A stretch of DNA of 64,000 nt from an uncultured Pseudomonadota bacterium (GTDB taxonomy: Bacteria; Oederibacteriota; Muellerivitia; Muellerivitales; Muellerivitaceae): positions 160,001 to 224,000 of the forward strand of contig CAVYRH010000004.1 in NCBI GenBank assembly GCA_963770835.1, in the 5' to 3' direction. The position numbers and the translations under genes are program-made. Below the pieces are notes generated by a model. It made no database searches. It had not been told where the DNA came from and was given only the letters and a program-made list of their open reading frames with translations. Position 1 is the first letter of the stretch, and each line of letters begins with the position of its first letter. Shown piece after piece: positions 1-10,083 of this stretch.

Positions 1-1331
1 AACTCATCATGGAAAACCTGGGGGGATACAACGCCCAGGCCTTCGGCGGCGACGTGGGCGTCCTGCTGACCCCCATTGACCGCCTGGGCATCGGGCTGGC
101 GGTCCTGGACGTGGGCCAGCAGGTGAAATTCATTTCCGTGGGGGACCCCCTTCCGACTACCGTGAGGCTGGGGGTGTCGTATAAAGTTTTGGACATCCCC
201 CACCATTCGGTCCTTTTGTCCGTGGACAACGGCTACCAACTGGGGAGCCAAAGCTATATCGGCGGGGCGGGCGCGGAATACTGGTTCGACAAAACCCTGG
301 CCCTAAGGGCGGGCTATACGGGGGACGCCTACCAGCAGCATTTGACGGCGGGCCTGGGCGTGAACGTGGACATGGCGGAATTCGACTATGCCTATGCCCC
401 GATCGCGACCCTCGGCGACACCCACCGCTTTTCCATTACCCTTCGCCTGGACACGGGGGAGGGCGGCCTGGCGGCGCCGATGGACTTCGCGGCCCGGGCG
501 ATGGACGGCGCCGTGGCCTTGAGCTGGAAACCAGCGGCTTCCTCCTCGGTGGTGGGCTACAACCTTTACGTGAAAAAACCAGGCTCCGAAAAGCTGGGCC
601 TGGTCAATAAGAACCCCATTAACGACACCGTGGTCAAGTTGAGGCACCTGCAGAACGGGGAAAATTACACTTTCGCCATCACCTCGGTCTCGGCGGCGGG
701 GCGGGAAAGCTCTCCGGTCCAACTCTCTGCCGTGCCGGGAGCCTCCGCCGTAGGCTCCGGTTTGATGGCCCCCACGGGCTTCAAGGCCGCCCCGACGGGG
801 GGTGGATTCACCCTGCTTTGGGACACCTCGGAATCGAGCGATGTGGCGGGCTACAACCTTTACATCGCCGACGACCAGGGCAAGCCGGCCAAGAAGCTCT
901 CCGCCCAGCCCATCACAAACACCAGCATCACCCTGAAAAACGTGAACGCGACCCGCGTTTATAACTTCGTCCTGACCACCGTCAACCGGGCGGGGGGTGA
1001 AAGCCCGGCCACACCGGTTTTAAAGGTGAGCCTGGCGGACTTGACCAACGCCTTGGTATCGAAATTCGTCCCGCCCTCCGGCCTGGCACTCCAGGCCTCG
1101 GGCGGCAAGGTGCACATGACCTGGGACGCGGCCGCCGGCGCCGTTAAGTACAACATCTATATTTCCCACGACGGGACGAACTTCAAGCTCCTCACCCCCC
1201 AAGGTCTTTCCAAAACCGAAGTCACCATGGGCGGTATGAAGGCCGGCAAGGCCTATACCTTCGGCGTCAGCTCGGTTTCCGCCGCCGGCAAGGAAAGCGA
1301 AAAGGCCGTCCAAACCCTGCCGGCGCAGTAA
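1..1331 (+). CDS. PorV/PorQ-family (FadL-like) outer-membrane beta-barrel, 5'-truncated by the window edge, with three C-terminal fibronectin type III domains
   Basis: Frame is open to the window start. Barrel motifs DPLPTTVRLGVSY, GAEYW, LALRAGY, FDYAY..LGDTHRFS, then three FN3 repeats (LSWK/LLWD/MTWD...(G/K)YN(L/I)Y...Y.F.(I/L/V)...GRES/GGES/GKES). Confidence 0.75.
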   Translation, partial: LIMENLGGYNAQAFGGDVGVLLTPIDRLGIGLAVLDVGQQVKFISVGDPLPTTVRLGVSYKVLDIPHHSVLLSVDNGYQLGSQSYIGGAGAEYWFDKTLALRAGYTGDAYQQHLTAGLGVNVDMAEFDYAYAPIATLGDTHRFSITLRLDTGEGGLAAPMDFAARAMDGAVALSWKPAASSSVVGYNLYVKKPGSEKLGLVNKNPINDTVVKLRHLQNGENYTFAITSVSAAGRESSPVQLSAVPGASAVGSGLMAPTGFKAAPTGGGFTLLWDTSESSDVAGYNLYIADDQGKPAKKLSAQPITNTSITLKNVNATRVYNFVLTTVNRAGGESPATPVLKVSLADLTNALVSKFVPPSGLALQASGGKVHMTWDAAAGAVKYNIYISHDGTNFKLLTPQGLSKTEVTMGGMKAGKAYTFGVSSVSAAGKESEKAVQTLPAQ

Positions 1332-1421
1332 TCCCCAAAAACACTCGGTAGCCTAGCTTTTAACTGAAGATTCAAGGTAACTTGACCTCTCTTTCCACCC
1401 TATTACCCTACGGAGTTACCC

Positions 1422-1760
1422 ATGAGCGAGACCGAAGAGCTTTCCCAAAAAAAATGCAAACCCTGCGAGGGAGGAACCAAACCCTTGAACCGCGTGATGG
1501 TGGAGGGCTACCTGGCGGGCCTGCCGGGGTGGCAACTGCGTGAAAATTGGATTGAGAAAACCTTTGGCTTCCAGAATTTCCACGAGACCATGTCCTTCGC
1601 GAATGCCGTGGCCTTCATCGCCAACCGGGAGGACCACCATCCGGACATGGAGGTGGGTTACAAGGCCTGCAAGGTCAAGTACACCACCCACGCCATCAAA
1701 GGGCTCTCGGAGAATGATTTCATCTGCGCGGCGAAAGTGAACAGACTGCTTGAAGGCTAG
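1422..1760 (+). CDS. phhB: Pterin-4-alpha-carbinolamine dehydratase
   Basis: C.PC N-terminus, EDHHPD and YTTHAIKGLSENDFICAAK motifs; GGAG RBS. Confidence 0.92.
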   Translation: MSETEELSQKKCKPCEGGTKPLNRVMVEGYLAGLPGWQLRENWIEKTFGFQNFHETMSFANAVAFIANREDHHPDMEVGYKACKVKYTTHAIKGLSENDFICAAKVNRLLEG

Positions 1761-1863
1761 TTTTGAGTTCTGAGTTTTAAGTTTTGAGTTGTTGAAGATT
1801 TCCGTTGTAAGAAACAACGGAAATCAACATTAACTCAACACTCAAAACTAAGAACTCATAACT
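1759..1863. repeat. Heptamer-tandem inverted-repeat element with central hairpin
   Basis: TTTTGAG/TTCTGAG/TTTTAAG/TTTTGAG left arm; perfect 12-bp IR GATTTCCGTTGT (1797-1808) / ACAACGGAAATC (1814-1825); complementary AACTCAA-type right arm. Confidence 0.85.
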
Positions 1864-1878
1864 TTTTCTGGAGGAATT

Positions 1879-3765
1879 ATGCCCACTACTGAAACAGTCA
1901 AAACAAACAATGTGATGACCCTCGCGGAATTCTTAAACCGCTATCCCTGGCCCGCCGAATGGCTTAAAAAGGGAAAGCCGATGCATTTCTTTTGGACCTT
2001 CGACCTGCCGGTTGCTGTGGAGAAACTATGGCCCTTTATCGCCGACCTGTCCTCCTTCAACAAGCGGGTGGGCCTGGGGGAGATGAAGTTTACCGAAAAA
2101 AACGGCCGGCTCCAGGGCTTCGCGGTGAACGTCGGCACCAAGATGTACTGGGAGGAAGTCCCCTGGGAATGGGAATACGGGAAGCAATTCAGCCATGCCC
2201 GGGTTTACAGCCAGGGCCTTCCCCATTACATGCGGGCCCGGTACCTTTTCGAGGAGCCCCAGCCCGGAAAATGCCGCCTTTATGTTTACCTCTCCTGGAT
2301 TCCCCGGGGCCCGGTGAGCCGGCTTTTGATCAATATCGGACTCAAGCAAATCAAAAAGGGATATGAGAAGGCCCTGCGGGAAATCACCGAGGCCATCCAA
2401 AAGCAGCAAAAACCGGTGTTTGTGCCGCAGGCCGTCAAACTTCCACCGCAGGCGAAAGACCGGCTTCAAAAGATCCGCCAGAAACTGGTGGAAGAGGGAA
2501 TCACCGCCGGACTGGCCGACCGCCTCATCCGATACGTGGAAACGGAGCCGGATGAAACCCTCTACCGAATCCGGGTGAAAAGCCTGGCCCGCGAGTGGCA
2601 GGTCAGCGAAAAGGAGCTGCTTTTGGCCTTCCTCACCGCCACCCGCCAGGGGCTTTTCAACCTGACCTGGGACGTCCTCTGCCCCCATTGCCGGGGCGTG
2701 CGCAATGAGGTGAAGAGCCTGGGGGCCCTGCCCAAGCGGGGAAACTGCGAAGTCTGCAAAATCGACTTCGACGCGACATCCTTCAACACGCTGGAAGTAA
2801 CTTTCCACGCCCACCCTTCCATCCGGCCCGTGGAAAAAAGGGTTTATTGCGCCGCCGAGCCCGGCACCAAGCCCCACATCAAACTGCAAAAGACCGTCCA
2901 ACCCAAGGAAGAGCTGGCCTTGAAGACCCTTTTAAGCCTCGGCCGATACCGCCTGCGGGTCCAAGGAGCGGAAGTTTATAACCTGTTGGATATCAGCGAC
3001 GAATCGTCCGGCGACCGGGTCTTGTGGCAGGACTCCCTGGCCCAGCAAAACTTGAAGAGCGCCTATTTTCCCACGATGGTCCTCCAGAACACATCGCCCG
3101 AGGCGAGAACCTTCATCCTGGAGGAAAACAAGTCGGACCAGGATACCCTGCGCCCGGTGGACCTCTTTTCCTTCCAGGGGTTCCGCGACCTTTTCTCGGA
3201 AGAAGCTTTGGCCGCCGACCTTAAGCTGGATATCGGCGTGCAAACCATCCTTTTCACCGACCTGGTGGGCTCAACGCGTTTTTACGAGGTAGAGGGGGAT
3301 ACGGTGGCCTTCACCGAGGTGAAGGAGCATTTCACCAAGGCCTATGAGGTGGTGAAAAAGCACGGTGGGGCGGTGGTGAAGACCATCGGGGACGCGGTGA
3401 TGGCGGCTTTCGCCCACCCCGCGGACGCCATGAAGGCCGCAGTGGAGTTCCAGGGCTATTTCAACGGTCATAACCCGGAAACCCGCCTGCGGCTAAGAAT
3501 AACCCTGAACACGGGTTCCTGCCTGGCGGTGAACCTGAACAGCAGCATCGACTATTTCGGCAATACAGTGAACCTGGCGGCCAAGATCCAGGCCATCGCC
3601 AGCGCGGGCCAGGTGGGCTTCACGGAAAGCGTCCTGAACGATCCGGAGGTGAAAAACCTGCTCAAGGAGAAGGGTCTCCAGCCGGAGAAGCTGGATTTCG
3701 AGATGAAATGGGCCAAGCGTATGCTGCCTGTTTACCGGGTGGAAATAAAACCAATTCGAAATTAG
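1879..3765 (+). CDS. Class III adenylate/guanylate cyclase with N-terminal SRPBCC-like and DUF5939 (CPHC...CEVC) domains
   Basis: TILFTDLVGST, KTIGDAVMA and DYFGNTVNLAAK motifs; WEEVPWEW in the N-terminal domain; GGAGG RBS. Confidence 0.88.
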   Translation: MPTTETVKTNNVMTLAEFLNRYPWPAEWLKKGKPMHFFWTFDLPVAVEKLWPFIADLSSFNKRVGLGEMKFTEKNGRLQGFAVNVGTKMYWEEVPWEWEYGKQFSHARVYSQGLPHYMRARYLFEEPQPGKCRLYVYLSWIPRGPVSRLLINIGLKQIKKGYEKALREITEAIQKQQKPVFVPQAVKLPPQAKDRLQKIRQKLVEEGITAGLADRLIRYVETEPDETLYRIRVKSLAREWQVSEKELLLAFLTATRQGLFNLTWDVLCPHCRGVRNEVKSLGALPKRGNCEVCKIDFDATSFNTLEVTFHAHPSIRPVEKRVYCAAEPGTKPHIKLQKTVQPKEELALKTLLSLGRYRLRVQGAEVYNLLDISDESSGDRVLWQDSLAQQNLKSAYFPTMVLQNTSPEARTFILEENKSDQDTLRPVDLFSFQGFRDLFSEEALAADLKLDIGVQTILFTDLVGSTRFYEVEGDTVAFTEVKEHFTKAYEVVKKHGGAVVKTIGDAVMAAFAHPADAMKAAVEFQGYFNGHNPETRLRLRITLNTGSCLAVNLNSSIDYFGNTVNLAAKIQAIASAGQVGFTESVLNDPEVKNLLKEKGLQPEKLDFEMKWAKRMLPVYRVEIKPIRN

Positions 3766-3821
3766 TAATTTGGAATTAGGAATTTAAAGACTCAATTCCC
3801 AACTCCTCATTCCTAATTCCT
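3753..3821. repeat. Heptamer-tandem inverted repeat (AATTAGG/CCTAATT type) between convergent genes
   Basis: AATTCGA AATTAGT AATTTGG AATTAGG AATTTAA followed by CTCAATT CCCAACT CCTCATT CCTAATT; overlaps the cyclase stop codon. Confidence 0.8.
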
Positions 3822-4474
3822 CATTTTTTTGTGGACTTCTTGTCCTTGGAACCACCCATCAGCGCCTTGGCGATTTGGACGAAGGTTGGAATGAGCGATA
3901 CGAAGACGATGCCGAGGATCACGACCTCAAAGTGCTGGTTCACCCAAGGCAGGTTCCCGAAGAAATACCCCGACCCGATGCAGAGGACGGTCCAGGAAAG
4001 CACCCCGATGAGGTTGTAGCGGGCGAACTTGCCGTAGGTCATATGCCCCACCCCCGCCACGAAGGGAGCGAAGGTGCGGAAAATGGGCGCGAATTGGAAG
4101 AGGATGAGGGTTTGCACCCCGTGCTTCTCATAGATCTCGTGGGTTTTATCCAGGTACTTCTTGTTCATGAACCTCCCGAAAACGTTGGGCCCGAAGAAGC
4201 GGCCGATCCAGTAGTTGCTGTGATCCCCCATCAAGGCCGCCGCGGTCAGGAGGGCCCAGGAAAATACTACATTCAATTGGGCGGTGGCGCAGAGGGCGCC
4301 CACGGTGAAAAGCAGGGAATCCCCAGGAAGGATGGGAGTTACCACCAAGCCCGTCTCGCAAAAAATGACCCCGAAGAGAACGGCGTAAATATAGGTCCCG
4401 TAGGTTTGGACCAACTCGGGCAGGTACTTGTTCAAATGGAGGATGTGGTCGAAAAAAAGGTGCAGGGAATCCAT
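3821..4474 (-). CDS. dedA: DedA family membrane protein
   Basis: IFCETGLVV.PILPGDSLLF, GDHSNYWIGR and PIFRTFAPFVAG motifs. Confidence 0.93.
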   Translation of the reverse strand: MDSLHLFFDHILHLNKYLPELVQTYGTYIYAVLFGVIFCETGLVVTPILPGDSLLFTVGALCATAQLNVVFSWALLTAAALMGDHSNYWIGRFFGPNVFGRFMNKKYLDKTHEIYEKHGVQTLILFQFAPIFRTFAPFVAGVGHMTYGKFARYNLIGVLSWTVLCIGSGYFFGNLPWVNQHFEVVILGIVFVSLIPTFVQIAKALMGGSKDKKSTKK

Positions 4475-4493
4475 GAGGCCTCGCTTTGCTCGG

Positions 4494-4570
4494 AATTATG
4501 AATTTGTAATTATGAATTTTGAATTTCGGTGATTTCCGCTTAGCGGAGATGCCCGTTCATTCATGATTAC
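4494..4570. repeat. Heptamer-tandem element (AATTATG type) with central hairpin
   Basis: AATTATG AATTTGT AATTATG AATTTTG AATTTCG, then a TCCGC-TTA-GCGGA hairpin, then a degenerate right arm. Confidence 0.7.
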
Positions 4571-4616
4571 GGCTGTGGAAGCGACGACAGTTTAGCAAGA
4601 AAAACTTTAAAGCATG

Positions 4617-4702
4617 GCCGCAAATCAGCGCAAATTTACGCAGTTAAGATTGGTTTTTAGAAGGTTTTGTCTCAATAGCGATGATTTGCGTTAATTTGCG
4701 GC
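4617..4702. repeat. Palindromic element with internally repeated CGCAAAT units
   Basis: Perfect terminal IR GCCGCAAAT / ATTTGCGGC; CGCAAAT repeated in the left arm and ATTTGCG in the right arm. Confidence 0.75.
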
Positions 4703-6192
4703 TAAGATTTTTCCCCGGGTTTGGGGGTTTCTTCGGGTTTAGAAGAAGCTTCCACGGCGGCTGGCACCGGGGCGGCTTCGGCTGGAACCGGGAGCGCCGG
4801 TTCGGCGGAAGGATCCCCCGGAGCGCTCCCATTGCCGTCGGTTTTTCCATTCGTCTTGGACTTCGGTTTGTACTGCCGCTTGCGCGGGTAAAAAAGTTTC
4901 TGGGTTTCTTCCTCATAGGCGAAGAGGTTGCCATACTTCGCCCATTGGATGAAGGTATCAAAGGTCTTTTCAAAGTTCTCGTTGGGCAGGTTGAAGATGA
5001 TGACCTCCTGCACCAGGTCGGCGTCCAGTTTGGCCCGGGGGTGCTTGGCCAGCATGTCGTTGACCTGCTTGAAGAGGCGCAACTTTAAAAGCTGTTCCTT
5101 CCAGATGTTCTGCCTTTCCTGGGGTGTGGCTTTCATGAAGCGCTGGCCGTCGGGTGTCAGAACCACCATGCGCTTGGGAGTATCGACGAAATCCAGGAGT
5201 TCGGCGGCCTTCACGGCCTTGAGGACCTCGCCGAATTCCCTTTCGGTTTCGGTGGCGATGCGGAACACATCCTCTTTTCCCTCGCGGGCGTCCAGGTACT
5301 CCAAAATACCGACAATGACGGTGGGGGGGGCGTCGGGAAGGGATTCGGCGGGCGGGACTTCATTGGGTTGGAGAACGGGCTCGGGAGCGTCGGGAATTTC
5401 ATGGCCCGTGATGATTTCATGCAATTGGTCCACCAGCTTGCTGAACTCGGGGGAACGGTAGTCCCGGGGGCGGGAGAGCTTGTTTTCCACGATCTTGACC
5501 ATGTGCCCCGGGTTTGTGCCCAGCACCACGATGCGGTCGGCCATGTAAACCACTTCGGGAATATCGTGGCTCACCATGAGGATGGACGAGGGATTTTTGT
5601 CGTGGGCCGCCCAGATGTCGATGACTTCCGCCCGGAGCGACTCGGCGGTGAGGGCATCCACGTGGCTGAAGGGTTCGTCCATGAAAAGGATCTCGGGGTC
5701 CACCGAAAGGGCGCGGGCCATGCCCACCCGCTGTTTCATCCCGCCGGAAAGCTCCCGGGGATAGGTTTCCTCGAAGCCGGCCAAGCCCACCATTTGGATG
5801 GCCTTTTGGGCGCGGTCGTCGATCTCATTAGCCGGAAAGCCCCGGGACTGCAAGGCGGTCTGAATGTTTTCCGCCACCGTCATCCAGGGGAAGAGGGCAA
5901 AGCTCTGGAAGACGATGGAAACCCCCGTGTTCAGGTCGTGAAGGGGCTGGTCATGGTAGAGAACCTCGCCTTTGGTGGGGGAGATCAGGCCGGCCAGGAT
6001 GCGCAAGAGGGTGGATTTGCCGCAGCCTGAGGGGCCCAGGAGGGCCACCACTTCGCGCTTGTTGATGCAGAGGTTGATGTTCTCCAAAACCTTCAACTCT
6101 TTGCCGTTGGGAAGTTTGAACTCTTGCGAGACGCCTTTGACCTCGCTGAGCTTCAGGTTTTCCGGAGCTTCGGTTTTAATGTCCACCGCCAT
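4702..6192 (-). CDS. NitT/TauT-family ABC transporter ATP-binding protein with C-terminal AAA-associated domain
   Basis: Walker [10 protein letters not shown], signature LSGGMKQR, Walker [12 protein letters not shown]-terminal extension typical of this subfamily. Confidence 0.92.
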   Translation of the reverse strand: MAVDIKTEAPENLKLSEVKGVSQEFKLPNGKELKVLENINLCINKREVVALLGPSGCGKSTLLRILAGLISPTKGEVLYHDQPLHDLNTGVSIVFQSFALFPWMTVAENIQTALQSRGFPANEIDDRAQKAIQMVGLAGFEETYPRELSGGMKQRVGMARALSVDPEILFMDEPFSHVDALTAESLRAEVIDIWAAHDKNPSSILMVSHDIPEVVYMADRIVVLGTNPGHMVKIVENKLSRPRDYRSPEFSKLVDQLHEIITGHEIPDAPEPVLQPNEVPPAESLPDAPPTVIVGILEYLDAREGKEDVFRIATETEREFGEVLKAVKAAELLDFVDTPKRMVVLTPDGQRFMKATPQERQNIWKEQLLKLRLFKQVNDMLAKHPRAKLDADLVQEVIIFNLPNENFEKTFDTFIQWAKYGNLFAYEEETQKLFYPRKRQYKPKSKTNGKTDGNGSAPGDPSAEPALPVPAEAAPVPAAVEASSKPEETPKPGEKS

Positions 6193-6203
6193 CGCTTACC
6201 CCC

Positions 6204-7988
6204 TTATTTGCTTAAAGAATACTTATCCTCGGCCATCCGATAAAGCCTCTTCCAGACCAGCCGGTTAAAGGTCACCACCATCAGGGACATCACCAACACA
6301 CTGGCCGCCAGCATAGGGTAGTCCTCATTCCCCGCGGAAATGCTAATTTGGGAACCCAAACCGAAGGCTGTCAGGGTTTGGTTGCCGTTGGTGATGATTT
6401 CCGCCACGATACTGGCATTCCAAGTGCCCCCTGCCGCAGTCACCATGCCGGTGACCAAATAAGGGAAAATGCCCGGCAGGTAGACTTTCCAGAACCGCTC
6501 CCAGCCCGTGATCCGGTACATCCGGGCCGCCTCCAGGAGGTCGGATGGGATCGCCATGGCCCCCGCGATGACGTTGAACAAAATGTACCATTGGGCTCCC
6601 AAGACCATCAAGGCGATGCTGCCCCATCCAAGAGAGATGCTGAAAAAATTCATGATGAAAATTACATAGGAAAATAGCATGGGCGAGGGAAAGGAAGCGG
6701 CGATTTGAACGAAGGGCTGGGCGATGCGGGAAAGACGCGGCGAAAGGCCGATCCAAAGCCCCACCGGAATGGTCCAAACCGCCGAAACCCCCACGGCCAC
6801 CAGAACCCGAGCCAGGGTAACCAAGGCCTCCTGGACGATGAGTTTCCATTGATCCAGATGCACCCTGCTGAAAAGCTCAATGATTTTCCAGGCCCCAAAC
6901 AGCATCAAGCCCACCAGCGTGATAAATGCCAAAATCGAGAAGATCCTTACCCAGGCCTTGTCGGAGGGCTTGGAGGAGGCCGCCGGCCTGGCGCCGGCCT
7001 TGTCCGCGGGCGGCATGGCCGCGGAGGAAACGGTCTGTTTCGCCTTGAACAGGCCCTGAAAAATTTTGAAAATTTGGGAGCGGTTCAGGAGATCTAAAAA
7101 CCAAGAATGCAGGCCTTCCTCATTTCCGCCCTCCTCCACGCGGAACTTCTGGCCCCAGACCACCAGGGGCCGCCAGAGGAACTGGTCCAGGAAAACAATC
7201 ATGAGGATCATGGCGACGATTCCAAAAAATTTAGCCCAACCGTTATGGTGTTCGTCCGCGTAGCTCATATAGGAACCGAGGCCCGGAAGACGAAAGTCCT
7301 TATCCTTAAATTGGAAAGATTCACAAACGGTGAGGAAAAACCAACCTCCCGCCATACTCATCATGCTGTTCCAAATAAGCCCAATGCCCGAAAAAGGAAT
7401 TTCCAATTTGGTGGCCTTTTGCCACCAGTTAAAGCGGTAGACCGCCGCCGCTTCCAGGAGATATTGGGGGATGGACCTCAGGGACTGGTAAAAACTGAAG
7501 GTCATATTCCAAACCTGACCCGTGAAAATACTGATGACGCACGCCAGCTCCAGGCCGATATTGCTGTTGGGGAAAAGCGCCACCATGGCTAAAAGAAGAC
7601 CGGGTAAGATGGCCAAGACCGGAATGCTCTGTAGAATATCCAGCAGGGGAATGAGGACTTTTTCAGCGATGTGGTCCTTCGCGGCCCAATAACCGTAAGC
7701 GAAGGTAAATAAAAGGGAAAGAATGTAGGCCAGCAAGCCGCGGCAAAGGGAGAAAAAGGTGTATTTGGGTAGGGCCCAGGGCGAAAGATCGATCTCCACG
7801 GCGGCGCGGTGGACTCCCGTCCACTCGCTTGCCACCTTCAAGATGCCGAAGATGAGGCCGATCAAACCCAATAACAGCGAGACATCAATCCACCAGACTT
7901 TTTGATAGCGGGTGATGAAGGCAGTCGCATTTCCCCATACTTTCTTAATGGGGATCGGGGGAACGTTGAGGAGTTTTTTGATTTCCAT
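6204..7988 (-). CDS. NitT/TauT-family ABC transporter permease with a duplicated membrane domain
   Basis: DILQSIPV, WNSMMSMAGGWFFL, QWYILFNVIAG and GGTWNASIVAE motifs; two EAA loops; adjacent to the ATPase. Confidence 0.92.
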   Translation of the reverse strand: MEIKKLLNVPPIPIKKVWGNATAFITRYQKVWWIDVSLLLGLIGLIFGILKVASEWTGVHRAAVEIDLSPWALPKYTFFSLCRGLLAYILSLLFTFAYGYWAAKDHIAEKVLIPLLDILQSIPVLAILPGLLLAMVALFPNSNIGLELACVISIFTGQVWNMTFSFYQSLRSIPQYLLEAAAVYRFNWWQKATKLEIPFSGIGLIWNSMMSMAGGWFFLTVCESFQFKDKDFRLPGLGSYMSYADEHHNGWAKFFGIVAMILMIVFLDQFLWRPLVVWGQKFRVEEGGNEEGLHSWFLDLLNRSQIFKIFQGLFKAKQTVSSAAMPPADKAGARPAASSKPSDKAWVRIFSILAFITLVGLMLFGAWKIIELFSRVHLDQWKLIVQEALVTLARVLVAVGVSAVWTIPVGLWIGLSPRLSRIAQPFVQIAASFPSPMLFSYVIFIMNFFSISLGWGSIALMVLGAQWYILFNVIAGAMAIPSDLLEAARMYRITGWERFWKVYLPGIFPYLVTGMVTAAGGTWNASIVAEIITNGNQTLTAFGLGSQISISAGNEDYPMLAASVLVMSLMVVTFNRLVWKRLYRMAEDKYSLSK

Positions 7989-8013
7989 GGGCGAATTCTT
8001 TAGAGGTTTAATT

Positions 8014-8164
8014 TGTCATTGCGAGGAATACCCGACGAATAGGCGGGTGGTAATGACGAAGCAACCTCAGTTTAAATATGCTGTTGTGAAGGATCGACAA
8101 CCAAGGCTAAAACCACCCTTGAACTGGGGTTGCTTCGCCTCAAAATTCGAGGCTCGCAATGACA
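8014..8164. repeat. GTCATTGCGAG-type palindromic (RPE/REPIN-like) element
   Basis: Perfect 12-bp terminal IR TGTCATTGCGAG / CTCGCAATGACA; inner IR CGAAGCAACCTCAGTT / AACTGGGGTTGCTTCG. Confidence 0.85.
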
Positions 8165-8315
8165 GCTATCAATGATTTATTCGAACCGCCGGGAAATCAT
8201 AAGCCGGGGGCGGGGGGGAGGAAAGAAAAAAGTGGCGGAAGGTGAAGGAAAAGGAATAGTGTAGCCAACGGACGGTTGACTGCGAGTTTACCGAAGGTTA
8301 ACAAAAGGGGATTTC

Positions 8316-9245
8316 ATGAAGCGGCTTCTATTCCTGTTTTTACTCTTATGCGGTACGCGGCTTTGGGCGGATTCGACCCCTTCGGCAAACTCAGAGCGGA
8401 CAGGCTCGTCCCCCAGGGATTCAGGATGGAGCTCCGTTGAAAAAATCCTGGGGCGGCCGGGGAAGGATCAGGGGCAGGGGCTTCAGGTTCTTTTCCCCCG
8501 TACGGATTTAAACGTGGTGGTCCAGGGTTTTCCCCTGGATTCGGCCAATGTGCTGGTGAGCCGGCTCCTCTTCCAATCCGCGCCCCCAGGCAAGCCCCAG
8601 AAGGCCCGAATGGAGGGGCGGGTTTACCTGTTGGACTCGGAGGTCCCCCAAACCATGGCCCAGGCCGCCCGGGGCGGCCTGGAAATCACGGCCCTTTATG
8701 GGCCTTTCTTGGAGGAATCCCCGGCCTTGAAATGCCTGCGCCTGAGGGGGGTAGGGTCCCGGTCCAGCCTGGCCTGGGCGGCTCAAATGGTTCTTTCCAC
8801 CACCGGAACGCCGATGGACCCACCAGCCAAGAATGTAACACCAGTGGGGTCTCCAACGGCCTCGGCGACTGCTTCCGCGAATCAAGATACCTGGGAAGAT
8901 GTCCAAGACGTCTTAGGACAGGGTGAGCAGAAAGGGTTGACCCTTATGTATAAGTGGGAAGGGAAAGACCGGGACGCCTCCCTTGCCTTCCAAAACCATG
9001 GAAAAGACACCACGGTCTTCGGGGAATTTTCCGTTCCTGAAGAAGAATCTAAGGCGCTGGTGGAGGTCTTCCTCCAGCGGCATATCGTGGTGACATCCCG
9101 GTTTACGGAAGATTCCACCGAACCCCCGCGAAGCTTCGTCGACTTTTGGGCGGTGGGGGATGGAAAGAAACTGGCGGAGGATTTGAAGGAAATTTTACCC
9201 CAAGAAGAAGTGGTTAACCCTGATTCATTATTGGCGAATCCCTAG
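8316..9245 (+). CDS. Exported protein with two degenerate DUF1259 (LppY/LpqO-like) domains
   Basis: Signal peptide; VEKILGRPG...FPRTDLNV and a second repeat ending FVDFWAVGD..KLA; the usual HNH motif is absent. Confidence 0.65.
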   Translation: MKRLLFLFLLLCGTRLWADSTPSANSERTGSSPRDSGWSSVEKILGRPGKDQGQGLQVLFPRTDLNVVVQGFPLDSANVLVSRLLFQSAPPGKPQKARMEGRVYLLDSEVPQTMAQAARGGLEITALYGPFLEESPALKCLRLRGVGSRSSLAWAAQMVLSTTGTPMDPPAKNVTPVGSPTASATASANQDTWEDVQDVLGQGEQKGLTLMYKWEGKDRDASLAFQNHGKDTTVFGEFSVPEEESKALVEVFLQRHIVVTSRFTEDSTEPPRSFVDFWAVGDGKKLAEDLKEILPQEEVVNPDSLLANP

Positions 9246-9258
9246 TGCTTTTAGGCTG

Positions 9259-10083
9259 TCAGTGAAGGGGATTCAACACTGCCTGTAGAAATTCCGAAAC
9301 GGCTTGGATCGTGCCCCGGGTCATTTTATGCCCGATGGGAAATCCTTTTGAAATGGGGCGATAACCCGCCCGCCTTAAAGCCTCGAGGGTCGCCTGGACC
9401 ATCTCTTCCTGGACGATTGGGTCCAGTATCCCGTGCACCACGAGGATGGGCGTTCTGCGGGAAGCCGCCGGATGGGCCAGGGTTTTCTCCGGTTCCCCTA
9501 TATAACCGTTCATCGAAACGACCGCCGCGATGTTTCCTTTGTAGTTCACCCCCGCCTCCAAGGACATCACGGCGCCTTGGGAAAACCCCATGATGACCAC
9601 GGGCCTTCCAGTTCCCCCAGGGTTCGTTTGAACGGGAGCTTGGAGGGGAACATCTGAATCCGAAGAGATTGAATATTGCTTGGAAAAGTAATCCATGACC
9701 GCGAAAAGATAGTCCCGGCTTCTTTCGATATCCTTACGGCTGTGGGTCACGCGGTTGTACCAGGCATGGGTGAAGGAAGAGTATGGAGTCGTAGGAAAAG
9801 GGCCATCCGGCAGGACGATCAAGCAGGGGGGAAGCTGGAATTCCCCGCTAATGCCCAACATCTCGTCGCCGTTGGTCCCGTAGCCGTGCAGGATCAGGAC
9901 GACCGGAGCATCCGGTGGAAGGTCCTTGGGAGCCACCACCAGGCAACGGTGACCCTGAACGTACTCCGTGGAATAGGGAGCTTGGGCCCCGGCGGTTCCG
10001 GTCCCCAAAAGGATTCCCAAAGCCACAAAGGCAATTCGAACAAAGTTTAATGTGTTGAAGACATTTTTCCTAAACCGAATCAA
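9259..10083 (-). CDS. Phospholipase/carboxylesterase (alpha/beta hydrolase), probably exported
   Basis: LHGYG oxyanion motif, GFSQG nucleophile, HG..DPIV and GH; hydrophobic N-terminus. Confidence 0.88.
   Translation of the reverse strand: MIRFRKNVFNTLNFVRIAFVALGILLGTGTAGAQAPYSTEYVQGHRCLVVAPKDLPPDAPVVLILHGYGTNGDEMLGISGEFQLPPCLIVLPDGPFPTTPYSSFTHAWYNRVTHSRKDIERSRDYLFAVMDYFSKQYSISSDSDVPLQAPVQTNPGGTGRPVVIMGFSQGAVMSLEAGVNYKGNIAAVVSMNGYIGEPEKTLAHPAASRRTPILVVHGILDPIVQEEMVQATLEALRRAGYRPISKGFPIGHKMTRGTIQAVSEFLQAVLNPLH

Noticed and set aside
1759..4570. Heptamer arrays considered as CRISPR or as coding (ORF 1416-1817, NSKLKTQNSKL)
   Set aside because: The units are 7 nt with no spacers and no cas genes are present; the peptide is just the translated repeat, antisense to phhB.
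4702..7988. ABC transporter without an adjacent substrate-binding protein
   Set aside because: The two-gene form (double permease + ATPase with AAA-associated domain) is the usual layout for this subfamily.
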